DNA of 63,234 nucleotides, counting the filler, from Chrysochromulina tobinii (taxonomy: Eukaryota), in assembly GCA_001275005.1 (NCBI GenBank). It is 6 parts of 6 records of this genome, joined end to end, with 100 filler letters (N's around TTAATTAATTAA, not from the genome) between each part and the next. Parts side by side here need not be neighbours in the genome. Positions count along the whole stretch, not along the records: positions 30,223 to 52,206 come from JWZX01001416.1; 5 more parts are not named here. One strand, given 5' to 3'. Positions 33,816 to 46,888 of the stretch are shown here, in pieces (positions within the stretch are counted from its first letter, which is position 1; the number at the start of each line of letters is the position of its first letter). Position numbers and translations under genes: made by a program. The notes under the pieces were generated by a model. The model ran no database searches, was not told the origin of the DNA, and was given only the letters and a program-made list of their open reading frames with translations.

Positions 33816-35575
33816 TCAGTGTAGCGTTACGCGGTCTCCCGCGACGCGGTCAGAGGTATTGGAAGGGCCACCGCAGAGTCGAGCCTCGAGCGGCACGGGC
33901 ACTGCCGCCGGCGTCGGCGTGCGGTCCCACGCGGCGCCTCCATACTTAGAAAAGGAGTCCCGCTCTGCGTGCGCCGCGAGCGATGCAGTGTATGGATACG
34001 CGACGCACCCAATGAACCCGACAAGCAAGTAACGCTCCCCAGAGGTGATGGGCACGCCAGCGTGCTCGACGGTGCCGCTGTGTGCGACAGCCGCGCCGCG
34101 CGCGAGCTGGACAGTGAGGCCAGATGGCTCGAAGTGCGTGCCGCCGCCCTCAAAGTCGGACGGCTCGTTGAGCAGCACGTTGAACGAGAAGAGGGAGCCG
34201 TCCCTGTGAAGGCTGAGGCCTCTCTGCGCGCCCGGGACTGCCGAGTAGCGAAGGTAGAAGAGGTCGATGATCTCGAGGTGCTCGGGCAGCGCGGGAGGCG
34301 GCGTGTAGAGCGGCGCAAGGGGCCGGAGCACGCGCCGGAAGATCGCCTCGCGCACAAGCAGCTCGACTTGAGGCACTGCCGAGAGCGGGAGGTCAGTCGA
34401 CGTCGATTGTGGAGGTACCCGTAGAGAGTCTCCGCCATAGGGCACCTCTTTCGCCGAGGGCTCGCCGACGTACTGGTCGTTGTCCCACCCACGCACTGCC
34501 AAGACGGCTCGGAGAGCCGTGAGGACCTGATGGCACTCAGTGGCACTCAGTGGCACTCAGAGGCACTCAGAGGCAATCAGAGGCAATCACAGTGGCAATC
34601 AGAGGACCTGATGGCACTCGGCGACGTTCAGAGGCAATCACATGCAATCACATGCAATCAGTGGCAATCAAAGGCAATCAGTGGCAATCAGAGGACCTGA
34701 TGGCACTCGGCGACGCTCAGAGCCTCTTCTATGCGCCACACGGCCTCCGCGCCAGTCATGGCGCCCGACTGCTGAGCGTCCATCCATCGAGTCTCTGTCT
34801 CGAGGGCTCCGGCGAAGAAAAAGGGAGGCGAGGAGAGAGCTGAGCCGAGTGTATAGCTGCCTCGGGAGCCCGCCGACTGAGGAGCAGTCAACTGAGCAGT
34901 CTCAGCTCGCGACTGCGCCGCCGCAGTTTCCATCGCAGTGCGCGCCTCCTCCCACACGCGTATCGCCTCGACTGCCCTCGTGGCGGCCGCGCGCTCTTCG
35001 TCTGCCGACCTCGCCTCGCTGAGATCGAGCATCCGAGCTGTGGTGAAGATGTCGCTGCCGCGCCTCTCGCGCATCGACTGCGGCTCGGTGGCCTCCCCTT
35101 CAACGCCGAGGGCCAGGGACGCGGCTGCACGCACGCGCGGCCCAAACGGCGGCTTGAGTGGGATCCAGGAGTTTATGAATCCAGTCGCATCACATTCGCG
35201 CACGGTGCACGCCGCCGCAAAGGCGGAGCGAAGCGATGCGGTCGCAGCGGCGCTGCCCAGGCCGAGCGCGACAGCGCGGTGCAGATATAGAAAGACATCT
35301 ACGCCGCTCGGCTCGCCTCCTTTCATCGCTTGCCTCCTGTCGAAAGCGGCCATGAGCAGCCGAGTATCGCGTGCGGCTCCCGCGAGGGCAATCGAATTGA
35401 CGATCCACGGCATCCACTCGCTGTGCTCAGGAGCAAGGACCAGCTTCGCCGCATCCTCGGCCTCGGCACATGCTTGGCAGCCCGACCAAAAGTTTCCATG
35501 TACGTAGTGATCGCGCAGCTCGCCAAACATCTGCTGGAAGGAGACTACCCGAGAGGCTGCCTCGGCAACGGACAA
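33816..35575 (-). CDS. 2OG-Fe(II) oxygenase (prolyl/lysyl hydroxylase-type C-terminal domain); intron 34696-34527; start uncertain
   Basis: LHRDGSLFSFNVLLN..FEGGGT..H..ITSGERY (HxD...H...R); splicing joins ECHQ|VLTA in frame. Confidence 0.8.
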
Positions 35576-36057
35576 CGCTTCTTGGCAGCCGGATACAGCA
35601 GATGCAAGCCGCAGTCGTCTTCGCTCATCTTCACTCTTAACGTCATGTAACGTGTCGCTCTGTGAACGTTAACACGACAGACGCGACAACCGGTGCTCCG
35701 CTAACTATACGTCGGAAAGGGGTGGGGGAGTAAGTGCACGCGCTCACGCGTGCGTTGCCTTGGGCCGGTGTGTGGCCTTCGGTCTACGGCACTGATACTG
35801 CCCGCTCTGTGTAATAAATCACTCAGAGATAGACACATTCACTACACACCGCACACCATGGTGTACAACACAATGGTTAGTTCCTGAGCTGACCTTTGTT
35901 CCTGAGCTGACCTTTTATCAACATTCTGCACCTCAAGCACCTCAAGTCGAAATCCTTGGCTGCTAAATAATTTACATGTACACGCCATCTCACCCACAAC
36001 CCCACTCTTTGTGTCTTTGTGCTCCTTGTCCCACTGTATATTCCATTGTACTGTGTG

Positions 36058-36282
36058 TGCTCCTTGTGCTCCTTGTCTGTTCCTTGTGCTCTTCGCTTGT
36101 ATTTTTGGCGGTTTTCATGCTCCTCCTTGTCGTGTGGGCTCCTTGTGCTCCTTGTCTGTTCCTTGTGCTCTTCGCTTGTATTTTAGGCGGTTTTCATGCT
36201 CCTCCTTGTCGTGTGAGCTCCTTGTGCTCCTTGCCTGTTCCTTGTGCTCTTCGCTTGTATTTTAGGCGGTATTCATGCTCTT
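36058..36282. repeat. 79-bp pyrimidine-rich tandem repeat, about 3 copies
   Basis: CTTCGCTTGT recurs at 36091, 36170 and 36249. Confidence 0.9.
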
Positions 36283-36524
36283 TTATCCTGCAGGCACGTG
36301 GCCGACCGCTGCAGATCGCTGTGGCTCGGTCAGATTCTTCAAGCGGATGCGCTGTGACCCGTCCTCATCCGTCCCCACAGTTTCTCAAAGGACCTCAGGA
36401 AGCCCTTGCGGAGCAGCTCGGACGCCACTGCGTGTGTGGCCTCGCCAGCTAGCGCCCGCGACAGCGCCCTCGAGCCGCCGCCCCGCGACGGTACCGCGAC
36501 GGCGCCCCGACCGAACCTCGCTTA

Positions 36525-39500
36525 CTAAAGCTTACGCGCGGCGTCATCGAGTACCTGGATGACGATCTCCTTGTCCGAGATGATTTGAATCATAAAGGGT
36601 CCCGCCATCTTCTTGTCCATGAGCGACGGGACGATAAAGAAGGGGAAGCCCTCCTCGCAGCCATTCTTCTTAACCTCAAATTGGGCGTCGAGAGTTTGGT
36701 CAAACGCGATCTCCGGCGCCACACCGTCGGAGAAGCCCACGTGCATGTCGGTCTTGCCCACCATCTTTTGATAACGATCCGCCAGAACCTCGATCTTCTC
36801 ATTATAAAACTCTGTGAAAGCCGGGCATCGAGCGTGGCGTTTGGGTGAGCAGTCGGCAAGCGGGCACAAGGCATGTGCAGGCCAGGCATGTGCAGGCGCG
36901 TGCAGGCGCAAGGCGTGCCAGGGCCCAACGGCGGCGGGCTCGAGGGCGGCCTAATATGGGTGCTTGCAAGGCGTGCCAGGGCCCCAACGGCGGCGGGCTC
37001 GAGCGCGGGCGGCGTACGGCAGAATGCGTTGCGCATTATGTGCAAGCCCATCTCGGCGCCCTCGATCGGAGTCGAGAGTACAATGGAGAGCGTGGCTGAG
37101 TCGAGCGCCGCGCCCGTGTCCGGGTCCTTGAGCCACACGCGGTACTGCGGATTCTTGTTCCACGTCTTCTCGGGGGCGAACTTGGCGCCCGTCTCCTTGT
37201 CGCCATTCTTCTTGGAGCGCGGGCCCTGGTTGGCGGTCGACCATACCCCCTTGAACCTGTACGAGTTCCCCTCAAAGTCGGGCACCTCTTCGAGGGTGAG
37301 CTCGGCGTCGGCCATGAAGGACATCGTGAAGATGCCTTCTTCGCCTGGTGTGAACGTTGAGGCCACGACGAAGAGCGGGCCCATCTCCGGGTCGTACTCG
37401 AAGCTCAGCCAGGCCTGGTCATCGCCGTACTCACTACAGCTCGCGATGTCCACGTAGCCGGTAGTCACGCCAGGAAAGGCGGAGAGGCGCGTGTTCTTGA
37501 CGACGTGCACACCAACTTTGGTGAAAGCATCTTCATCGCCATCGTCCATCTTTTGCTGCTTGATCCTGCGCTTCTCATCCATCTCTGTGAAGATACGCAG
37601 CGCGTCCTTGGCCGCCGCTTTCAGCTCCTCGTTCTTCTCCTCTGCATCCGACGCGGCCTGCGTCGACGCCACCTTGTCGCGTGCGGCCGCAAATTTGAGG
37701 TCCGACTTTCGCTGCTTCTCTTGGAGGCGCACCTCCGTCGCCTCGTCGAGCTTGCCGCCCTCGTTGATGGAGATGTACACCATCGTCTTGGCTGTCGCCG
37801 TGAGCTTCCACGAGGGGTTGTCGCGCCAGGCGCCAAACTTGCGCGCGCCGGCGGCGTTCTCGTCGAGGAAGATGGAGGCGATCGACTTGTGGAATGTGTG
37901 CTTCTTGGTGATAGCCTGCGCCTCGTTCCAGTGCGTGCCCGTGTACTCGATGAGATTGGCCATCTCCACCCCGGCCAGGAGGAAGGCCGTGTCCTTGTTC
38001 TCGAGGGCCTTGTGCAAGCGACCTTGCATCGAGAGCTGCTTGTACCGCATCAAGTACGTCTTGAGCACGACCTTGTCGACTTTGGCCTTCTTGGCGGTCC
38101 CGAGCGCACTGCCCATGAACTCTGCGTCCTTCTCCTGCCATCCCTTTTCAATGTTTCCGATGAGCTTGGCCTTCACGAGCTCCGGGTGTGAAGGGATGTT
38201 GGCCTTCTCACACACGCCCCGCGCGATTAGTTTGGGCAAGTCCTCGAAAGACTTGGCGTTCATCGCCGCCTTGATTTCAATCTGCAAGAGGCTCACCTCC
38301 TCGAGCGTATACTTGCCGACGCCGATGGTCGTCAGCACGAAGCCACCAGCCATGTGCGCCTCTTTGGCCGAGCACACGATAAAGTACGTTGCCTCGGCCG
38401 TCACCGCGAACTTGAGCGTCTTCGTCTCGGCATTGTACGCCGATTCCATTACGACTTCGCACGCCTCACCCACCTGATCGCCGCCCGCCGGCACGCTCAC
38501 GACGTGCACGGCGTAATCCACGTACTCAGCCGCGCCATCGCGGTCGAGCGAAACGCTCACAGTCTGCGGCGGCGGCGTGCCGATCGTGAGTTTGTACTGC
38601 GGGTTGTCGACCCAGAGCGCATTCGTCTTGGCGCCGCCGGAAGTCTGGTCGAAGGCACCGTGGAAAGAGCGCTGCGCATCCTTGAGTGCATCGAGGATGC
38701 GCTTGGCTTCATCGACGTCGGCACCCTTAAGCTCGGTTGCGAGCGCGGCGTCGTAGCACGACTGCAGCTCAGGGAAACCGTCTTCGCCCCGGGCGAGGCA
38801 CGCGCGCAGGCGCGCCGCCGAGCGCAGCAGGAGCATTTCCTTCATATAGGGCTCGATGGTCCGCTCGGGAAGGTGGCCTTCCCTCGCTGCGTGGATGGCA
38901 GCGTCGAGGGCCTGCCAGTCCTTGTCTTCGGACGCCTTGACCAAAGGCGGCAGCGCGAGGAGCTGCGCAAGGTAGGCCTTCGACTTTTCGACGAGCGACG
39001 GCGGCACGTTGAGGCTCGCAGCGTCGGCAAGGCCGTCCTGGAAAGCAGCCACGAGGTCGACGATGCCGCCCTTGAGGCCTTTGAGTTCGCTTAGCTCCAC
39101 TTCGCCCGAATGGTCCGCGTCGGCGTCCTCGCATGCCTTGTTGAGCTTCATCTCCTTCTTGCGGCGAGCGAGGTACAAGAGGGCCTTCTTCGCATGCACG
39201 CGCTGGATTTTGCGCTCCTTGGCAAAGTTGAGCAGCCGCTCGAGCTCGACCAGATCATCCTTGCGCATCGCCTCGAGGACGAGATCACCCGTCTTGACGA
39301 CGGCCTCAACGTTCATGTTCACACCAGGCGTCTCGCACAGGAAGTTGATCTTGAAGGGCCCCACCTCCCTCGCAAGCTTGGTCGAGGGCACGATGTAGTA
39401 CCTGGCGCCATCACCGGTTGGAAGGGCCTCGAGGACAAGGATCGACGTCTCGGAATCGTACTCAGTCTTGGCGACGACTTTGTGGTCTGGTGCGACCTCC

Positions 39501-41716
39501 TCGGCGAGGCTGCCCGCGGGGTTTTGGATGAGATGCAGCCCAAAGTCCTCAAAAAACTGGACGTCTGAGTTGTCGCCGCCCTCGATCATGATGATGGAGA
39601 GCTTGCACGTGTGCGACTCGACCTCGGCAGGAAAGGTGAGGCAGAACTGCGGGTTGGCTAGCCACGAGTCGCCCTCATACGGACCACCGGCGGAGAGCGG
39701 GTGCGCAAACTCGCCGTAGCGCGTCTCGCGATCGAGAGCGTTGAGAATCTCGATCGCCTTGTCGACGAGCGGGTCGTTTATTTGCACTTCGAGCGCCACG
39801 TCGACGGACGCCTGCAGCTGGGCGGCATTGAGCGGCTCCATGTACTTTCGGATCGAGCTCAGCACGGTCAGCACCTTGAGTGCCACCTTGTATAAGTGCA
39901 GCTGGTTCTTATCTGCGAGCAGCCAATTCGTAGACTGGATTTCGCCGTCGTCAGCGTCCGACGCATGATTCGAGTCCATCCACCAGCCGGACATGACGTC
40001 GTGAATCTTGGCCTTAAGCCCATCGGCGTCGGCCGCATCGACGGCCTTCGCACACTCGGTGAACAGATCGAGCTTCTCGATCATGGCCCGCGCCCCCTCA
40101 AGGAGCTCTCTTGAGACCCACTTGCCTGCATCGCCCTTGCCGACGCGCTCGAGCGCAGCCACGCACTTGGCGCGCACGCGTTCTTGCACGCCGACATCGA
40201 GCTCCTCCTCGACCTGTAAGCGTACGATCGTCTGGCGTGCGGGGGGCACGAGCTCGGGCGCTACACGCTGCGCCAGCTTCGGCTTGGCTTCGAGCTCAGC
40301 GAGCGCGGCGATGAGCGTCGGCCCGTTGGCCTCGATGACGCCCTCAATTAGATCTCGCTCGATCTTGCGCTGTTCGAGGAGGATCGCACCATCGGCCACG
40401 AAGCGACACGCGAGGGACCCTGGCGGGTTGCCGGCCTTGGCTTGCTTCTCCGCGTGGCGCAGGCAAGCCTCGAGGATGAAGATGGGCTCGAGGTCGAGCT
40501 TCGAGGCTCTGAGCTCCTCCTCATCCAGCATCTTCGAATGGTCGGTGTCAAGCAGCGCCATGATCTTTTCGGACGTGAGGGGCATCGCCTCGACCGTCGC
40601 AATCTTGGCGCAACCCTCGTCGTCCATATTGAGCACCGCCGCAAGAGCAGGCAGCGCGCGGAGGTGCGTGCGCGACACGAAGGCCTCCGGCAGCCCGTCC
40701 GACGCCGGAGACGCCTCCATATCCGCGAGTGCCTGCGTGACCTGCGCATGCCATCTGGCCAGAGCCACCTGCTCCTCGCCTGTTTCAAGGTTGTGCACGC
40801 GCTTGACAATGGACTCGAGTCTCGCGAGGAAGGCCGCCTCCTCGGGAGTCATGGACGAGCCAAAGTCGCCTTTCAAGCAGCGCTCGCCAAGGGTGTGACA
40901 CGACCAAACGAGCGCATGCAGATCCGGCACGTTACGGTAGCCGATCGCCCACTCCTCCTCCACGCGCTTCCCAAAGGCGAGGAGCGTCTCGCCGTTACCA
41001 CGCCGGAGCGCGTCTCGCAGCGCGAGGATGGCGCGGTCCGAGCTCGCGTTCGTCATCCGGACGCGCGTCTCCGGCACCATAATCGGAAACACCTGCACCT
41101 TCCTGCGGCCAAAGCAGCCGTAACTGTATACCTCCTTGGGGGGGATAGCGAAGATTTGCGCCACGTCGATGGCCTCCGCGTCGTTGACCGTCTCGACGCG
41201 GTTCGCAAAGGTGTTGGCGGCCCAGCCGAGCGCGTAGAGCTCGGGCGGGATGAATATGACGGAGCCCTCGCCAGCGATCAGGCGGGCCTTCCGGCCGATT
41301 GTCAACATCTCCTTGGGGCTACCGGTTTTGATCGCCGAGCACACCATCTGAAGCGGCAAGTACGGCATGCCAAAGTGGTTCGCGAGGGAGGTGCCGACCA
41401 TTGGGGTGGCTGGCATCTCCTTCTTTGCCGCCGGTGCGGAGGCCTTCTTTGCAGGCGCCTCGGTAAAGCGAGCATCAGGTAAAACGACAGCAGTGCGCGC
41501 GCGGGCGGGCGAGGGGGCCTTCTTTGCAGGCGCCCCGGGCTTCTTGGCTGGATCAGCTGGCTTGTCTTTTGGCGTGGTGGGGGCGCTCTCATCATGATAA
41601 GCAACAACCATAAGGTCGTCCCCAGGCACGACTGCGCCATGTTGCGGAGAAGAGGGTGCTGCATTGTCTTGGAAGGCCTCGATCAATGTCTCTGTCTCGA
41701 TAGGCTCAGCTGACAT
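36525..41716 (-). CDS. Large protein with four calpain domain-III (C2L)-like repeats and EF-hand-like loops; intron 37017-36812
   Basis: SAGG..WLANPQF, SGGA..WVDNPQY, AAGA..WRDNPSW, NQGP..WNKNPQY with IVPST/VVAST motifs; DTDHSKMLDEEEL and DADHSGEVELSEL; splicing gives AFCQ-FYNEK. Confidence 0.8.
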
Positions 41717-42039
41717 GGCCGCAGCGTCCACGCCATAATGCCCATCCTGGGGCCGCGCGGCGCTGCTGCGCGGGTGACAAATTGCCGTGCAACGGTTCAT
41801 TAAAAGTCAATTAAAAAATGCATGAGAAGTTTTCATCATTTCAAGGTCCCCAAGATTCGCCTTCGCGATTCGGCGCACGCCACGTCCGTGGTCCGTGTTG
41901 CTGGTTGCCACTTTGACGAAACAGGCTGTCTAAAGCTCATCGCGACCTGTACAGTACCGGTAGCAAGAGTTGACTTTTCGCTCCTGTCGCTGTCCAACTG
42001 GCTAGGCTCCTCTCCCTGCTTGTCGTGGTGTTTTTCTCC

Positions 42040-43299
42040 TCAATGCACTGTTAGTACATGTTCATGTAGGCTGCTGTTGCTTCTGCTGTCACGAAGAAAT
42101 TCCAGGGAACGAGATCGCGCTGACGCTGCGCCCCCTTTGAGCACTGGTCTTGTCCATTCGCCGATTTCCGCGTACTCGGTTTTGAAGTCGCTCGAACGGT
42201 ACCACTGCACAAAGCGGTGCAGCCCCTCATCGATGCTGATCCGAGGCTTGTACCCGATCATTTCGGTGGCGCGCTGGACGTCTGCATACGTTGCCAGGAC
42301 ATCGCCTGGCGCCATGCCTACGAGCGTTTTGTTAGCCTTGATGCCGAGCTCACTCTCGAGCACGGAGATAAAGCGTCCGAGGGTCTCCGTGCGGTGATTG
42401 CCCAGGTTGAAAATCTCCTCCTCGGCGCTAAGCACGAGCGCTCCGACGATGCCGTCGACCACGTCATCGATGTATGTAAAGTCGCGCTGCGGTGTGCCGT
42501 GGCCATAAACCTGGATGGGCTTGCCTTGGACGATGCGGTGAGCGAATGAAAAGTACGCCATATCAGGCCGCCCCCACGGCCCGTACACGGTGAAGAAGCG
42601 CAGGCCGGTCACGCGCAGGCCGTACAGGCCGTGATAAACGTGAGCCAGCTGCTCGTTCGTCTTCTTCGTTGCAGCATACAGAGAGTTGGGCGAGTCCGTC
42701 CGATCGTTCTCTGAGAATGGAATCTTCGTGTTAGCGCCGTAGACGGACGAAGACGAAGCGTAGATCAGCGGAGGAGGCGTCGGTAGCCGTCGCAACGCCT
42801 CCAGGACTGATAAGAAACACTGGACGTTGGCACGAGCATATGCTTGTGGCCGGACGAGCGAGTAGCGCACCCCAGCCTGTGCGGCCAGAGAAGCAACGTG
42901 CGTGAACCCTGGCGGCCGCTCGAGCAGCTGCACGAGTCCATCTTCATCGCACATGTCCATTTCAACGAGCTCGATGCCCTCCTGCTGCAGCCGTGCCGCC
43001 CGCGCTCGCTTGAGGGCCGTCGAGTAGTAAGGGTCGAAATTGTCGAGTGCAACTACGCGCACGCCGTCGCGATGCAAACGCATGGAGAGGTGGTAGCCCA
43101 CGAAGCCAGCGCCACCGGTGACAAGGACCGACACGCCCGGCCGCAGCACCTTGCGCGGGCCAGTCACTGCAGGGCCGCGTGTGCTCGCTACTTGCACAGC
43201 TTCGATGGCTGCAGCAAAGCTTGTGCCGCTCGTCAGCACCGAAGTCGCGATCAACACCAACAGCGCGGCCAACAATTTGACGGCAAGCGTGCTGCTCAT
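42040..43299 (-). CDS. GAE: UDP-glucuronate 4-epimerase (membrane-anchored SDR)
   Basis: N-terminal TM segment; TGGAGFVG, LAAQAGVRYS, ASSSSVYG, YAATK, LRFFTVYGPWGRPDMA, RDFTYIDD. Confidence 0.92.
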   Translation of the reverse strand: MSSTLAVKLLAALLVLIATSVLTSGTSFAAAIEAVQVASTRGPAVTGPRKVLRPGVSVLVTGGAGFVGYHLSMRLHRDGVRVVALDNFDPYYSTALKRARAARLQQEGIELVEMDMCDEDGLVQLLERPPGFTHVASLAAQAGVRYSLVRPQAYARANVQCFLSVLEALRRLPTPPPLIYASSSSVYGANTKIPFSENDRTDSPNSLYAATKKTNEQLAHVYHGLYGLRVTGLRFFTVYGPWGRPDMAYFSFAHRIVQGKPIQVYGHGTPQRDFTYIDDVVDGIVGALVLSAEEEIFNLGNHRTETLGRFISVLESELGIKANKTLVGMAPGDVLATYADVQRATEMIGYKPRISIDEGLHRFVQWYRSSDFKTEYAEIGEWTRPVLKGGAASARSRSLEFLRDSRSNSSLHEHVLTVH

Positions 43300-43776
43300 C
43301 CACGCACAGCGAGCTGGCTCAGCCTCACAGGTGCGCACCGCGTGCACACGCGTTCGCGCACAGCGTCTTGTGCTGTCGCGCGTGCACACACCGTTCGCAC
43401 GCGTGCGAGCGTCGCGCGCGGTGGGCACGCTAAGTAGGGATCGGGAGATTAGTGTCGCAATCAGCACACGAAATTGGTCTCGCCACAGACCGAGGTCCAG
43501 CAAGATCTCACAGGGTGTAGGTAAGGAGGGTAGGATGGTGCGGGGACACATACACAACACTCAGTTCTATTGCCGGTTTGGTCAAACGAAAAGTACTACT
43601 ACCGGGAGCCGGTAAATAGCGCATGTCCGCGGCGCGAGGCGGCCCGTACCATGTGTTGGCGCCCCAGCCTCTCAGCCTCGCCGGGCCCTGAACTGGACCC
43701 CTGGGCCATTCGCGTCTCGTGGCGTTCTGTGACAACGGCTAACGATGGGATGCTCTCTGGCATGCGCGTGGGGATG

Positions 43777-46201
43777 TCAGATCTTGATCAAGATGATGTC
43801 CCCGCGGGAGGAGCTCACCGCGAGGAGCGAGACGCCGCTGCGCCACTCCTCTGCGGTGGTTACGTCTGGGCACTCGACGATGGAGGTGACGGTGCGCACG
43901 ACGCGACCCCGAGGTTCGTGGTCGCTGCAGCGACACGAGCTGCTGCTGCTGCCGCCACAGTACCCAAGTCCACCAAAGTGCAGGCCGACGGCACCGGCCT
44001 GCAGCGGGTCGAGGCCGTCAGCGCCAGCGTCGTTTCGAGCGACGGCGGTCCCGGCAGCAGCGCCCCCTCCGGCGAGGCGGCTGGGTCCGGCGGCGGCATC
44101 CATAAGGACGGGCGGCGGCACCTCGAGCGAGCGCTGGGGGATGGCCCATGGCAGTACGCAGCGCTTCGCCGCCTGCAATCCGTGGTAGTTGAGAATCAGC
44201 AGCCGGTCGCCGCGGTCGGAGACGATCAGCATGTTGCCGTGCGAGACGAACGTGGCGGCGGTCACTTGGATATTCTGCCGGCGCCACTTGAGGCTGAATG
44301 GCGCGCCACTGCGGCTGATGTCATTTGAGGAGGAGGCGGGCGCGCCGCCCGCGAGCGGCGCGTGGCACTCGCCATCCCTCCGACGCAGCTCGCGCACCTC
44401 AAGGGCCTCATTCGTGGCCAAGAGCACCGACGTCCACGCGGGATGCAGCTTGGCGATGCAGAGCGTCGTGCCGGGCGGAAAGCGGAGCGTGCGCTCGGGC
44501 GTCTCGTCCATTGAGCCGGGTAGCCGGCCCTCGGCGTGGCCGCGACTCTCGAGGCTCGCCTTGCAATCGCGCTGCTGGTACCAGAGCTGCACGCAGTCTG
44601 CAGAGCAGGAGAGCAGCTGCTCGGCGTCGGGCGAGTAGTCGATGAGCAGCATGGCCTTCTCGTGATGCGTGTGCAGCGTCTGGATGCGCGACGACTGAGC
44701 AAAGTTGACGAGCTCGATGACGTGCTTGCATCTGGCCAGGCTGGGCCCGCCGCCGCCAACGAAGATGCCGTCACCGCCACTGCGCCCCTCGCAGCCACTC
44801 TTGGCACTACCGCCCGCCCTCCATGGCTGCGACCATGGGTCGCCCACCATGGCATCGGCGGGCTCATCAAGCGCCACACCGCTGCCGCGCGCCGCCGCTC
44901 CGCCGCCTGCGGCTGAGGCAGCCTCTGTGCCGCTGAGCGGCACGCCGAAGGCGATGATGTTGTTGTCAAGTGGGCACATGGCCATGGTGGTGACGCACGA
45001 CGGGAAGCGGTCGGTGTACATATGCTCATGCGTGCCGTTGGTCTGGCCGCCCAGCTTGACGAGCAGCGCCTGCCCGCGCACCGCGACGACACAGTACGCG
45101 TGGTGCTTCGTCACCACAAATTGGGCGGGGGCGCCCTCGAGGGTGTCGAGGCGCTCGGCATGGCGCTCAGACGGCACGGCCTCCTCGAGTGACCAGTTCT
45201 TGCAGTGCTCGACGCGCACGTCATCGTCTGGCCTTGTACTGGGCATGCCCGGCTCGGCACGCTTGCACGAGACGCGCATCTGCTCGAGCCGCCCCTCCTC
45301 GGTGAGAGCCAGCATGAAGAAGACCGGCTTCTTGATCAGATCCGAGTGTGAGCGCACCCACGACGTGAGCTGCGTCACAGGCCCACCGATGTTCTGGAGC
45401 TGCACGTGCTGCAGCACGCGCACCAGGTCGAACTCGTCGGCCTGCCAGCAGAGGCGCGCGATATCGGCCCACTCGTGGCACACGCGTGCGAAGGGGCCGC
45501 GCCAGCGCATCGCGACCATGAGGAACACCCTCCATCCCAAGTCAGACACGCGCAGCACGTCGGAGAGCGTGCAGCGCGACACCGCCGCGTGCTGCCGGAG
45601 AGCTGTCTGGTGCTGCAGCGCCGTAAGCGGCCCGTGCAGGAGCTCGTAGAAGGCGCACTGCGTGTGCCGGCTGAGCACGCACTGTGCGCCGCCTCCGACC
45701 GTGCCCATACGGTCCATTGAACCGTTTCGAGGCGGTGGGAGGACCGCGTGCTGCTCGGTCTGGCGATCGATCATTTGTAGCCTGCGAAGGAGGGCGGCGG
45801 GCAGGGCACTGGTCAGGAAGCGGCCTACGGGGCGCAGGAGGGCGACAAGCACAGTTGTGTCGCTTCGGAATCCGCAATGCATACCCGTCGAGGCGGCGGT
45901 GGACGGCCATGATGGCGTCGCGCGCGCAGAGGTACACGTGCCGATCGGAGAGGTCGGTCGACGCGACGACGGCCCGTTTCTTCGTGGGTGGTTGCTGGGG
46001 GTGCACGCCCGCACCATTGTCGTACTGCGAGATCGGCGGCTGAGCCCGTGGGCTAAACTCCATTATCATCGGTACCTCGACAGCCTTCGCCTCCGACGCT
46101 GCCTCCCCAGCCTTCGCCTCAAACGCCGCCTCCCCCGCCGGGGCTGCAGGGTCCCCGGCGTGTGGATGCGCGGTGTTAGAGCTCGACATGCTGTTTCCCA
46201 T
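43777..46201 (-). CDS. Hypothetical protein, possible F-box-like motif plus WD40-like repeats; intron about 45880-45782
   Basis: MGNS start at 46201; GG|GTATG..CGCAG|G joins two ORFs; FARVCHEW and IDYSPDAEQLLSCSADCVQLW. 3' end uncertain. Confidence 0.55.
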
Positions 46202-46297
46202 TCCGGACAGGGCGTCTACGAGGTGAGCCCCTGCCCCTTGCCACAGCGGAATGAAGTTCAGCAAGTTTGAGGCACGATAAAGGTCAGTTCAGATTGA

Positions 46298-46500
46298 GAG
46301 TGAGTGAGTGAGTGAGTGAGTGAGTGAGTGAGTTAGTGAGAGTGAGTGAGTGAGTGAGTGAGTGAGTGAGTGAGTGAGTGAGTGAGTGAGTGAGAGTGAG
46401 TGAGCGAGTGAGTGAGTGAGTGAGTGAGTGAGTGAGTGAGTGAGTGAGTGAGTGAGTGAGTGAGAGTGAGTGAGCGAGTGAGTGAGTGAGTGAGTGAGTG
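46298..46500. repeat. (GAGT)n microsatellite
   Basis: About 200 bp of near-perfect tetranucleotide repeat. Confidence 0.97.
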
Positions 46501-46888
46501 ATGATTGATGGTAAGGAAAGGCGCGGCGGGCGCGTGGTGTGCGCCAGAGTGCCATGATGTTCGTGCCCCGCTTTGAAGCCTTCCGAGTTTCGTCCCACCC
46601 GAAGCGTTTTCCGTTTATTTTACAAACGATAACGCCGACAAATCATGAACGATAATACTACAGCTCTACACGTGAAAAGTCGTGAACACCGACTTCTCGC
46701 GTAGGTTGCTTCAGAGGGGAAACGTGTACTAGTGTAAGGTGTAACGTCGATTGTAGCTACGGTCGTACGCAGGACAATCATCCCGGCTCCGTCATCAACG
46801 CCTGTGAAATGAACCCGCGCTAGGCCGTAGTCCGGTCGTGTCTGAACCCGGAACGGTATACGGTCTCGGAATTTGAGAGTGTCACCTC

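Noticed and set aside
35976..36452. Hydrophobic Cys/Leu-rich ORF
   Set aside because: Translation of the 79-bp pyrimidine-rich repeat.
46298..46500. THSL-repeat ORFs
   Set aside because: Translation of the (GAGT)n microsatellite.
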